Below are positions 1 through 13,008 of a DNA stretch of 64,000 nucleotides, piece by piece. A program made the translations under genes and the position numbers. The notes under the pieces were generated by a model, which had not been told where the DNA came from, searched no databases, and was given only the letters and a program-made list of their open reading frames with translations. The stretch comes from Octopus sinensis (lineage: Eukaryota): the NCBI RefSeq assembly GCF_006345805.1, contig NC_043004.1, positions 71,548,001 through 71,612,000 on the forward strand. Reading direction: 5' to 3'. Every line of letters starts with the position of its first letter. Position 1 is the first letter of the stretch.

Positions 1-15
1 GCGAGCATGGAGTAC

Positions 16-849
<834 letters not shown>

Positions 850-857
850 GGGGGGGG

Positions 858-1110
858 AAGGCGCGTGGCTTAGTGGTTAGTGTGTCAGCATCATGATCGT
901 AAGATTGTGGTTTCGGTTCCTGGACTGGGCGACGCATTCTGTTCTTGAGCAAAACACTTCCTTTCACGTTGCTCCAGTCCACTCAGCTGGCACAAATGAG
1001 TAACGCTGCGATGGACTGGCATCCTGTCCAGCTGGGGAACACATACGCTATAGAAAACGGGAAACCTGGCCCATGAGCCTGGCTAGGCTTTAAAAGGGCG
1101 TATTTATTTA
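858..1110 (+). mobile_element. tRNA-derived SINE inserted in (TA)n
   Basis: A-box-like tggcttagtgg and B-box-like ggtttcggttcc head; body ttcttgagcaaaacactt...ttcacgttgctccagtccactcagctg shared with the SINE at 30955. Confidence 0.85.
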
Positions 1111-1118
1111 TCTATTTA

Positions 1119-1167
<49 letters not shown>

Positions 1168-1174
1168 TACATAC

Positions 1175-1219
<45 letters not shown>

Positions 1220-1222
1220 TAT

Positions 1223-1296
<74 letters not shown>

Positions 1297-1989
1297 CAAG
1301 AGAGCAATAAGAAAATGGAGGGGATCAATAGGTCGTATTCATCCACTTTTAGACATTATATTATGTCAATTTATTTATTTATTTACTAAAAGGACAATTA
1401 TAACAATATACATACATGTATAACATATTATGCTTTACATATATAACATATAAAACGTAAAAATATCAGCAATTATTAAAATATAAATCATATAGCAATA
1501 GAATTTGGGATAATATCTTACAGCTGTTTCAGCCAAGAGGCAAAAATACCTCATTCTACATTTATCTCTCCAGTGGACTGAAGTAATTAGTAGATGAAAT
1601 TGAGGTACTTTGGTGTTTCTCTAGGCTTCGTCAGAGATTTTAGAAAGTACATAAGGTTAAGTTATAAATATAAATACACACACACATATACATACTTTTA
1701 TATAAACATACATATACATAAATATAACTAAATACATATACCTACACTTAAATGTAAATTTTTTAAATGCTATTCTCAGCTGCAATATTTTAAGTAGAGT
1801 AGAATTTTCATTTGAAGTACTCTTTAGCTTCCTTTAGAGGTGACGAATTAGATAAATTCTGCTATGTAAACCTTGTTCTATACTTTTCCAGTTGTAATAT
1901 CTTAAGAATATTAACATACATTTTTCATTGTAATTTATATATTAGACATATTTGCACGTACGTACTTACACTTACAAACACACATATGT

Positions 1990-2030
<41 letters not shown>

Positions 2031-2189
2031 TAGCATTAAAGACCAATCGTTGCCGGGTCATAGTGCTAGTGCATGTATATATGTGTATATATATGTGTAC
2101 ATATTACATGTACATCTATATATATACATCTACGCATAAAATACAAAATACAAAGTTATATCTTGATATCGCTAGTGATAACAATACTC

Positions 2190-2515
2190 AAAATATATAA
2201 CAGACTGGAATTGTTAGCCCGTCTCTTGTAATTTCGATCAATTGTATCTTGTCCTCCCTCTTGTATAGAAGTGTGGCTACAATCCAGCCTACCTCTACTT
2301 CTGGGGATGGGGGCATTAAAAAAATTTTTCCGGGAGTCCTACGTCCCAGATATAAAGGTAAAAATAAAATATTTCCACTTTGCAAGTTCGAGTCGAGTAC
2401 TCCATTGCACGATCCGTTGACTCGAACCTTGCTTCTGTTGTGGCGAATTTACCGCCTCTGATTAGATACCTTTCATAGTCGCACCAAGACACTTTTCCAA
2501 GGTGCTTTCCTCCAT
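2190..2515 (-). pseudogene. Frameshifted relic of a diverged L1/Tx1-type ORF1, homologous to the ORF of the adjacent young elements
   Basis: Across frames: MEESTLEKCLGATMK / RYLIRGGKFATTEARF / LYLGRRT..PSPEVEVGWIVATLL versus EIAEIEKCLGDIMGK / YVSRGKKFGTVEVRC / SYKGRRG..IPPEVKTEWLATAIL. Confidence 0.75.
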
Positions 2516-2519
2516 GTAA

Positions 2520-4292
2520 TTTTATTACTACCCACAAGGGGCGAACATAGATGGGACAGTACAGTCGGGGAACTTAAAATAAGAAAGCGAATGACAAGAA
2601 AAAGGAAAAAATAAAAGTAAAAAATGACATATGAAAGAATATTTACAATGAGATGTAAATGCCCACTCGATCCCCGGAATCGAGAGGTTACATTTTCGTC
2701 ACATATATTTCACAAAATTTTCTTTTTTTTTTCTTCTTTCTGCTCTCTCTTCTCACAATTCTATACGTATTCCATAATAGCTTTCAATTCTCTAAAGTCA
2801 ATCACTGAGCCCGCAGGCAGCCGCTCTCTCACTCGAACACTCGTGTAAAATATTACACTCTCTCCGGCAGCTCTGAGGAACTCAGCGACTCTTTCTTCGG
2901 GGATTAGAGCAGTTTCCTGCCACTGATCGGTCATCCTGTTGACCCATATGTGTCCCTCCGTATTACATGTCAAGTCTTTCATTTCGGGGCAGAAATGGAA
3001 GGTTATTAACTTGTAGAAGCAGTAATCTTGTTTCCGTCCTACGTTTTCCTTCGTTTTTCTTTTCGGGCTTATTTTCCTTGTTCTCCTCTCTTTGTTTCTC
3101 TCTTTCTCTCTTTTTGCTTTCTTTTCTTTCTTTTCCTTCTCTTGTCTTTTTGGTTCTTTGTCTGTTCTCTCTTTCTCTCGTGTTTTATGTTCCTTTTCTT
3201 TTCTTTTTGTGTGCCGTCTTTTCTTTTCGTTTGGTTCTGATCTCTCTCTTGTTTTTTCCTGTTGTTTCTTTTTCCTTTTTCTTTTCCTGACTCTGTTTTG
3301 GTTCTATTTCTTTCTTTTCTTTTATTTCTTTTTCCTTCATTGACTTATTATTTCCTTTCTCTTGTTGTTTTGTTTCCTTTTCTATGTTTTCTTTTTCCTT
3401 TACCGTATTCTTCTTTTCTTCGAGTTCCTGCTCACACTCCGCTACGAATTCGTATAACGGGCACTCTTTTTTAATGTGCCCCCTTGTCCCGCACAAGTAG
3501 CAGTTTGGCTTTCTTCCCTCTACAATTACACTGAGGGTTTTCTCATCTTCAATTTCTATTCTGTAGGGGAACCTTTCAATGTCCTCTTTTGTGGCCATCA
3601 AACACAGTTCTACCCCATATCCTCTCCAGTTTATCGCGTTGGACTCCTTAAAGGATTCCACCTCCACTTCCTCTTCTGCTGCTCCTAGAATAGCTGTTGC
3701 CAGCCATTCTGTTTTCACTTCTGGGGGTATATTCGGGATTTTAACCCGGACCCCTCTTCTTCCCTTGTATGAGGGCCACATTATAAATGTTTCCGCTCTT
3801 AGTACAGTGGTAGCCAGTGAGGCTGCAATTTCTTCCGTTGCACATCTCACCTCCACTGTACCAAATTTCTTGCCTCTACTCACGTAGGTCGATTTCCCCA
3901 TTATGTCTCCCAGACATTTTTCGATTTCTGCTATCTCCACTCTTGCCAGTTTCTTTGTATTTTGTCTTGGGTTCTATATGTTACAGTCTTGTTTTCTTTG
4001 TCCTCTTTTGCTTTCGCGGGGGGGATTAGCTTCACGCTATCACCCTCCCTTTTGAATAGCTTTTCATATTCTTTGAGTTTACTCTTCTCAAAGAAAACAT
4101 CCTTCACGATTATCGACGAATCATTTTTCTTTCCCGTGACCCCCGCGTAAGTCGCCATGACTAGAGGGTCAATTCACCTTCTTCGGAAGGTTTCCACACG
4201 TGGAGGCAAACGCCTCGCGCGATATTAATCACTTTACACAGCAAAATTTCAACGTCTAATCACAGATAACAACACGTATAGCTTGGAGCCAT
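2520..4292 (-). mobile_element. ORF1-only non-LTR retroelement, copy A (HAL1-like architecture)
   Basis: ~135-nt 5' UTR, ORF1 from ATG 4158 to TAG 2761, ~240-nt 3' UTR ending gccccttgtgggtagtaataaaa; no EN or RT ORF; near-identical to copy B at a 1777-bp period. Confidence 0.8.
2761..4158 (-). CDS. L1/Tx1-type ORF1 (gag-like) protein, ~465 aa when homopolymer frameshifts are bridged
   Basis: ORF-track pieces 3931-4158, 3185-3940 and 2761-2982 join up; CX2CX4HX4C knuckle CYLCGTRGHIKKEC, RRM-like N-terminal region, K/E-rich linker, C-terminal domain ending MEYV*. Confidence 0.75.
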
Positions 4293-4296
4293 GTGA

Positions 4297-6073
4297 TTTT
4301 ATTACTACCCACAAGGGGCGAACATAGAGGGGACAATACAATCGGGGAACTTAAAATAAGAAAGCGAAATGACAAGAAAAGGAAAAAATAAAAGTAAAAA
4401 TGACATATGAAAGAATATTTACAATGAGATGTAAATGCCCACTCGATCCCCGGAATCGAGAGGTTACATTTTCGTCACATATATTTCAACAATATTTTCT
4501 TTTTTCTCTTCTTTCTTCTCTCTCTTCTCACAGTTCTATACGTATTCCATAATACCTTTCAATTCTCTAAAGTCAATCACTGAGCCCTCAGGCAGCCGCT
4601 CTTTCACTCGAACACCCGTGTAAAATATTACACTCTCTCCGGCAGCTCTGAGGAACTCAGCGACTCTTTCTTCGGGGATTAGAGCAGTCTCCTGCCACTG
4701 ATCGGTCATCCGGTTGACCCATATGTGTCCCTCCGTATTACATGTCAAGTCTTTCATTTCGGGGCAGAAATGGAAGGTTATTAACTTGTAGAAGCAGTAA
4801 TCTTGTTTCCGTCCTACGTTTTCCTTCGTTTTTCTTTTCGGGCTTATTTCTTCCTTGTTCTCCTCTCTTTGTTTCTCTCTTTCTCTCTTTTTGCTTTCTT
4901 TTCTTTCTTCTTCCTTCTCTTGTCTTTTTGGTTCTTTGTCTGTTCTCTCTTTCTCTCGTGTTTTATGTTCCTTTTCTTTTTCTTTTTGTGTGCCGTCTTT
5001 TCTTTTCGTTTGGTTCTGATCTCTCTCTTGTTTTTTTCCTGTTGTTTCTTTTTCCTTTTTCTTTTCCTGACTCTGTTTTGGTTCTATTTCTTTTTTTCTT
5101 TTATTTCTTTTTCCTTCATTGACTTATTATTTCCTTTCTCTTGTTGTTTTGTTTCCTTTTCTATGTTTTCTTTTTCTTTACCGTATTCTTCTTTTCTTCG
5201 AGTTCCTGCTCACACTCCGCTACGAATTCGTATAACGGGCACTCTTTTTTAATGTGCCCCCTTGTCCCGCACAAGTAGCAGTTTGGCTTTCTTCCCTCTA
5301 CAATTACACTGAGGGTTTTCTCGTCTTCAATTTCTATTCTGTAGGGGAACCTTTCAATGTCCTCTTTTGTGGCCATCAAACACAGTTCTACCCCATATCC
5401 TCTCCAGTTTATCGCGTTGGACTCCTTAAAGGATTCCACCTCCACTTCCTCTTCTGCTGCTCCTAGAATAGCTGTTGCCAGCCATTCTGTTTTCACTTCT
5501 GGGGGTATATTCGGGATTTTAACCCGGACCCCTCTTCTTCCCTTGTATGAGGGCCACATTATAAATGTTTCCGCTCTTAGTACAGTGGTAGCCAGTGAGG
5601 CTGCAATTTCTTCCGTTGCACATCTCACCTCCACCGTACCAAATTTCTTGCCTCTACTCACGTAGGTCGATTTCCCCATTATGTCTCCCAGACATTTTTC
5701 GATTTCTGCTATCTCCACTCTTGCCAGTTTCTTTGTATTTTTGTCTTGGGTTCTATATGTTACAGTCTTGTTTTCTTTGTCCTCTTTTGCTTTCGCGGGG
5801 GGGATTAGCTTCACGCTATCACCCTCCCTTTTGAATAGCTTTTCATATTCTTTGAGTTTACTCTTCTCAAAGAAAACATCCTTCACGATTATCGAGAAAT
5901 CATTATTTTTCTTTCCCGTGACCCCCGCGTAAGTCGCCATGACTAGAGGGTCAATTCACCTTCTTCGGAAGGTTTCCACACGTGGAGGCAAACGCCTCGC
6001 GCGATATTGATCACTTTACACAACAAAATTTTAACGTCTAATCACAGATAACAACACGTATAGCTTGAGCCAT
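4297..6073 (-). mobile_element. ORF1-only non-LTR retroelement, copy B
   Basis: Head-to-tail with copy A; same UTRs; true substitutions relative to A (TGVRVKERLPEG vs TSVRVRERLPAG). Confidence 0.8.
4536..5940 (-). CDS. L1/Tx1-type ORF1 protein of copy B
   Basis: ORF 5161-5940 (MATYAG...CYLCGTRGHIKKEC) intact through the knuckle; frameshift in the A-rich linker; C-terminal ORF 4536-4757. Confidence 0.75.
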
Positions 6074-6354
6074 CTGTTCGAATCTTCTTTTTTCTCTACA
6101 TTGTATACTTTATAGACAATAGTCTTTTCCTTAATTCAATTTTTTATTATCCATCTGGACTATTCCATTTCTGCATACTAATTTTATTTTTAATTTATTC
6201 CCATTCATGTGAAACCATTTATTCAAGTTCAAATCATTGATACAATTTTATACCAATTGCTATTTTTATTTTGGTTATGTTACTTTAGTTTGATTTCAAT
6301 TATTACTTACTACATATAATTCAATTTTTATTATTTTTATTGTTAAAGTGAAAG

Positions 6355-6607
6355 TATCTGACATAAAATAGAGAAACGCTTTTGTTTCACTTTTAACAAG
6401 TAATACTGAAATAGTGGAGAAGATATGATATTGCTATGGGCTCGCTCTAGGCAAGAAGTTGAACATTTTTTTGCCCATGAAACTACATCGACCCTAAGTA
6501 AGGCATGTGTAAAATTTGAATGAAATTGGTTGTGTAGTTGTCATGGTTTAGGGAAACACACAGACAGACAGACAGACAGACACACATTCTCAGTTTTATA
6601 TATGTGA

Positions 6608-6611
<4 letters not shown>
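6355..6611 (-). mobile_element. Possible 5' end of a non-autonomous Helitron-like element
   Basis: Minus strand starts a|TCttcacatatataaaac followed by (TCTG)n; similar terminus at 39350-39490; no 3' CTRR found. Confidence 0.4.
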
Positions 6612-6643
<32 letters not shown>

Positions 6644-6705
6644 CACCACTGTACATTATGCTAATGAAATTACAAACGAATACAAGAAAAATGTGATTTA
6701 CATAC

Positions 6706-7029
6706 TCTTTCCTTCGAGTAAAATATACGATGAACAGCCGCAGCTTTCATCATGAAGATCTGTGCGGTAAAACGGGTGATACATGCTACATAAGCCATTG
6801 CAATAGCTAAAATATCCACAACGATCGCTTGATGTACACAGCAATGCACATTGGGTACGAGATGATGTCTCCTTAGATATTTCAAATGGGCCAGTTAAGC
6901 ATTTTGATTTAGAAAGTCTTTTGAAATTATTTTCTTTATATTCACCAGTAACCGGAGACAAGGAAAGTACAATTATCAAAGCAGGAAATAATTTCAGAAT
7001 GAAATGGTTTTCAACAGACGTTACCATCC
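6706..7029 (-). CDS. Gene A exon 2: signal peptide plus 8-Cys PAN/Apple-like domain (secreted protein)
   Basis: Acceptor tttttcag|GG ATG at 7029; phase-1 donor AAAGA|gtatgt at 6706; hydrophobic leader FILKLFPALIIVLSLSPVTG; motif TQCALLCTSSDRCGYFSYCNGLC; 35/73 identities by hand alignment to the 48-kb exon. Confidence 0.85.
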
Positions 7030-7724
7030 CTGAAAAATATATATAAATGTAGATAGATTTATAAAAAGAGACATACACATAGAGTCACCCTTACACACAC
7101 ACACACACACACACACTTATATATATATATTGTGTTATAATCACGAATGAAGGAATAACACCCACCATCATCACCACCACCACATTACACAACATGACGA
7201 CTAAATACAAAATAGGAGAAAAAGAAATAGATACAAATAGTATAATACATAAACCCATGTACACAAACAAAAAAGGCACACGTACACATACTTAAGATGA
7301 AAGGGGAAAACTATACAAAACCACTGATACAAGCAATATAGTAAGCAAACCCATACACACATACACACACACACAAAATACATACAAAATACATAAACAC
7401 GCGCGCACACTCTCACGCATGCACAGATAGAGACGCAAACGTATGATAGATGAGGATACACACCATAGAAAAACAAAATGGATTACATAGAACAGGGGGA
7501 GATGCCTGGGACGGAGGTCAGAGGTACATGATGAATGATTCCCAGACATAAAATAAGAACAATGATAAACAATAATAAACAAGTGGTGAACAAATTCATA
7601 ATGAGTGTGTTTATTTGACAAGAATAAAATGAACATCTCGAAATATCACAATGTCTGTTTCAAAACACGATTCCATATCAGGGACCTTGAAAAGAAAAAA
7701 CATAAGCGTAACATACACACACAC

Positions 7725-7775
<51 letters not shown>

Positions 7776-7800
7776 TATATATATATACATATATATATAC

Positions 7801-7905
<105 letters not shown>

Positions 7906-7984
7906 TATATATGTATATATATGTATACACACATATATATATATATATATATGTAGGTCCCGGGTTGAGTCGGGGTTAACCACA

Positions 7985-8019
<35 letters not shown>

Positions 8020-8027
<8 letters not shown>

Positions 8028-9375
8028 AATATAAGTCCAAATCTTACAGGAAAAATTCAATTTAGCAATTCTAAATCAAATTTCACGATATATAATATAT
8101 ATAAAATGTAGTGACAAACATCTATTAAACAATTCCATAAGAGAATACTAATCTTATTTATTCAAAATTTAAATCTAGAAAGGAATACCCGTATAATAGG
8201 GCTATACATGTTTTAGAGGATAACATTTGGAATGTGGTGAAAAATATTAAATTTCCTAAATATCCAAATAGACATAATGGATAATAGGAGAAAAAGAAAT
8301 AGATACAAATAGTGTAATACATTTAGCTATTAGAATAAAAGAAATCCGAAATATGGAAGGAATTATAGTACAATTAGATAAAATTTGGAACCTGTATAAA
8401 CTAGATGTTTAATTATATGATAACTTATTAGAGAAAGAAAAAAAATGTTCCAGAAAATGCTCCTTATATAATCAAGATGAAATATAAGTTAGATAATAAA
8501 ACTGAACCTTATGTACCTATGCACCCTAGAATTACTTTAAAAGACCATAAGGATAATTTTTATTCTGACCCAAAAATGAGACTTATTTGTCCATGTAAAT
8601 CAGATCTAGTAAAATAAGCAAGATCATTTTGATAAATATATTAATAGATTAAATGAAATTAATTACCTTAAACTTTGTACAAGTACTGATGATACTTTAA
8701 AATGGTTTAATAATACTAAAGATAAAACTAGATATAAATTAATTCAAATAGATATAGATAATTATTATTCTTCTGTTAATGAGATTGTACTCAATAAGGC
8801 CCTAATTTATGCAATGAATAAGGTTGGAATGACTTATGATGAAGTTAATGTTATTAAAATGGCTAGGAAATCGTTAATTACATATAATAATAAATTATGG
8901 GGTAGGAAGGCTACTAGAGATTATTTTGATATACCTATGGGGGTCACCCGATTCTGCAGAGGCAAATGATTTAGTAGGTATTTATTTATTATAGGAACTT
9001 CAATTAGAAAAATTAAAGTTGGATGGTGGTTTATATAGGGATGGCCTTTTATTAACAACTAAGGATTGCAGCAATAGAACACTAGAAATATATAAGAAGA
9101 AAGTATATGTTTTTTTATTAAATATATGGATTAGGTATTACTATATATAATGAGAACTATATTTTAATTATTTAGATACTAATTTTAATTTAATAACAGG
9201 TAAAACCCAAACATTCCACAAAATTAAGGAAAACCTTAGATATATTAATGCTAATATTAATCAACCTCCCTCAATTAAGAAATCGTTGATAGATAATATA
9301 GGTAAAACAATATCGATGCTCTCTTCTAATTTAGAGATTTTCCAAAAACACGCACCTTATTATAATGAAGCCTTG
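8020..9375 (+). mobile_element. Decayed Penelope-like element, RT region
   Basis: PRITLKDHKDNFYSDPKMRLICP, DIDNYYSSV, FDIPMG.PDSAE..DLVG, GGLYRD.GL, NQPPSIKKSL; several frameshifts and stops. Confidence 0.8.
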
Positions 9376-9387
9376 TGGGGAGATATC

Positions 9388-9610
9388 TCTTTTCCCTTTA
9401 GTCTTTTATCGTTTTAGTCATTTGACTGCGGCCATGCTGGAGCACCGCCTTTAATCGAGCAACTCGACCCCGGGACTTATTCTTTTGTAAGCCCAGTACT
9501 TATTCTATCGGTCTCTTTTGCCGAACCGCTAAGTGACGGGGACATAAACACACCAGCATCGGTTGTCAAGCAATGCTAGGGGGACAAACACAGACACACA
9601 AACACACACA

Positions 9611-9667
<57 letters not shown>

Positions 9668-9820
9668 GACGGACTTCTTTCAGTTTCCGTCTACCAAATC
9701 CACTCACAAGGCTTTGGTCGGCCCGAGGCTATAGTAGAAGACACTTGCCAAGGTGCCACGCAGTGGGACTGAACCCGGAACCATGTGATTGGTAAACAAG
9801 CTACTTACCACACAGCCACT
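9388..9820 (-). mobile_element. Composite tRNA-derived SINE with internal (TA)n
   Basis: Head agtggctgtgtggtaagtagc...ggttccgggttcagtccc; tail ggtgctccagcatggccgcagtcaaatgact; paralogues at 25120, 49205 and 57004. Confidence 0.9.
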
Positions 9821-10390
9821 CTTAATAATTGTAAATATAATTATAATATAAAAGATTATAATATAAATGATTCCTATGATATTTATAATAATAAACCTAA
9901 CATTAAGAATTATGATAAATTTTATTTAGGTAATTATGGTATTAATAATCGGTGTCATCCCGGAATCATTGGAATTTTCTTCGTTGAATGAATTCCGGTG
10001 ACCTCCTAATGTGCTACAAAACAGTTTTTGAGATCCGAAAACAGGGTGGGGTGAGAGTTAAGCCTCGGAAATTTTACCCACTCCCAACATTTTACAGAAA
10101 TAAAATTTCCAGATTGTGAATTACATGGTTCGTTATTAAATATATATATATAGTAGAGAATGTGATATTGTATATATACATATATATTAATGAAAGGAAT
10201 TCCAACCTTGTCTGATTTTCCCGTTTTATTTACAATCTTATAATGATATAATATAATATAATATAATAAAATAAAATAAAATAATAGAATGTTAAATGTT
10301 AATTCTGATTGAACTAGTACTTTCATGCATTAAATTCTGCAATCTTCAGGTTCGTGTAGTAGTGGTGACAGTCATGCTTCACAAGTTTTG

Positions 10391-10425
<35 letters not shown>

Positions 10426-10849
10426 GCTTGCAAACCTTTTATGCAACCTTCTCCAATGCAGATCTTCGATGAAGATCTCCAAGGCAACCTTTTCCAGTGC
10501 AGGAGGGTTAGGTCTAGATCGCGGTTAGTCGCTGCGTTTCAGAGGCTTCTGGGCCCCTTTTCGCTAGTTAACTTAGGCTTAGGTTAAGGTATAGTTGTAA
10601 TCCGAGCATAACCTCTTCTGACACAGAGGATCGGGGACCCTTTTGGGCGTTCTATTTTCCTTGCTGGAAGGGCTCCCACCACACGGGCCAAGTGGAGTTA
10701 GATGGTGGGAGTGGTTGTTTCTAAAGGGCAAGCATGTGCAACCTGATCACGTCTGCCGGTCAATCTCCCAACACATGCGTTCCCGTCACGACACTGATTC
10801 TGCATAATCGGGTTGGGTATTATTATTATTATTATTATTTCTATTATTA

Positions 10850-10890
<41 letters not shown>

Positions 10891-12654
10891 GCACCGCAGT
10901 CTTGATCACAGTGAATTTATATTTTTATATGTAATTTCTGCGATCACCCTCTGCTTTCTTTCTTTCTTTTTCTTTCTTTCTTTCTTTCTTTCTTTCTATC
11001 CCACTATAACCTATCTGTCTTTCTTACACTCCCAACTATCCGTCGTTCCTTCCCAATTTCCCTCATTTCTTTTGTTTCTTTCTCCCATCCTTTCCCATCC
11101 TTTCCCTTGCTTTCTGCTTCTGTTACTCACATGTGATTACATGCAATTTCTATTGCTTATTTCTTTTCTGGACAAGACTTTCACCGGATTGGATGTCATT
11201 TTCCTCGACTCCCGACAGTTCTTCTACATTTTTTCTTCTACTATTTTCTTCATTTCTAATTTTCCTATTCTACTATTTTCTTCTCTTCTATTATTTTATC
11301 TCCTCGAAAAAAATTATCTCAGGTATCCATTATTCATTACAATGCGTCTTGGCCTAACAGCCCTTAATGTTTGTCTTCGCCGATTGTTTACTCTGTACGT
11401 CGACTTTGTCGTTGTTTGTTCGTTCGAAGTTCTAACTCTCCAGCAATTTTACATTTTTTAAATTTCTAGATACTGCTATCTTATGAAGTTCGACAACTGA
11501 TGAGGAGTTAGCTTGTTTTGGTATTTTGTCCTGTACTTGTCTCTCGTGTGTTTACATATTTTCCCCTCGGTTATGTCTTGTACTTATTGTATATATATAT
11601 GTTTTTGCATTTTGTCGTGTACTTATTACTTGTGTATTTACATATTTATCACTCGTTGGGGATGTCCTATACACAAGGTATATTTTTCATTATGTATGTA
11701 TATGTAAGAAATTAAGGAAGGAACATGCACAAATTTGAAATAGCTTTAATATAATTTTAAATATATCTTGTATTGTGTTAGTCAACCGGTTTCGCTTTCG
11801 CCATTCATGACATTCTGATTCATTTACATACGTATTTTCTTAAGATCTTTTTTGGCCCATGTTGTGTATGAATTTTGTGAGCGAATAATTCAACAAGTAC
11901 AAAACTAATTCGTTATCGTTATTATTGCTGTTATTATTATGGGCAGGGGAGATAACCGTTCATCTTTCGGTAGGGGGTAAATATGATAATTGCTTCCTAG
12001 TGCAAAAGACACACTTCTTATTTTCCTCCATTTTCTTATCGCCAGTATCAATTAAACTACGGCTTACTCGCCAAATTACCTGCTGCCGTATGCCTTTTAC
12101 CAATGACTATACCTACTAAGGCAATTACCAGGAGTGCATTTGGATATATCTAGCCCTTACATGCTTTAAACACCTCTAACTTATACCTGTATATATATAC
12201 AAAAATTCGAAAACTAGTTTAGTGGGGAGATATATGTAGTGATGTAATCATGTATTATAATATGTAAAGCGATCAAAGTTGCTTGTGCGTGCGAATTTAG
12301 GCGCGCTCTGTATTTTTCGATGAAAATAGTTTATTTAAACATTCGTGTAGAGAAAGTGTGTCTTTGCACTGGTAGAAAGGGAAAACAGTGAAATTTATTT
12401 TGATGTTACCTGCACATTTCTCTATGTGTTCCCTTATAGAAATGTGTCTGTATTACGGGAACCGGTTCTGCTCCTTGTGAAGAGTGGTTCTCCGTCTCAA
12501 AGTCATACTCATCTGTTCAATATAGTGTTTTCCACGACCCGAGCAGGTTATTACATAAATTAAGTTTTCAGATGCACAAGTGAAACTGGTTCAAATTGTG
12601 AACCTCTCTCTGATATTTGTATCTCTGACCACGAGAAGATTGAGTGGGAGGGAA

Positions 12655-12950
12655 ACAGCTGTGTTGAGAGGAATTTTTAGGGGTTTCAATGATACACCAC
12701 TGGAAATATGTGCGTTTTGTTCATAATCCTTAAAACAAACCTTATTCAGGGATCTTTTGAACGGGATGGGCTACTCGACTTGAAGGCCATGCATTGTTTA
12801 TCGTGATATGAGATCACCACCATGTCACGTACATATGGTTGGGATGCATATACCTGCTCTACCCTTACCAGACGGGTAGTCATAATGGGTACATTAGTTT
12901 TCATATATTTGCACCCCAGCGTGACTTTGGCGGCATGTGCTGCTCTCTCA

Positions 12951-12957
<7 letters not shown>
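12655..12957 (+). repeat. Dispersed non-coding repeat ending in (AAT)n; other copies at 16643-17192 and 43845-44240
   Basis: Shared ccttattcaggga..ttttga.cggatgggctactcgac and gatatgagatcacca...ctgctctctcac blocks. Confidence 0.8.

Positions 12958-13008
<51 letters not shown>

Noticed and set aside
858-930. tRNA-like heads (also 21670-21740, 30955-31030, 57004-57080)
   Set aside because: No complete cloverleaf; each continues into a SINE body
2967-5252. Hydrophobic F/S/L-rich plus-strand ORFs that look like membrane proteins
   Set aside because: Antisense shadows of the A-rich K/E linker of ORF1
10500-10590. ttaggg/ttaggc-like hexamers
   Set aside because: Too few and irregular for an interstitial telomere
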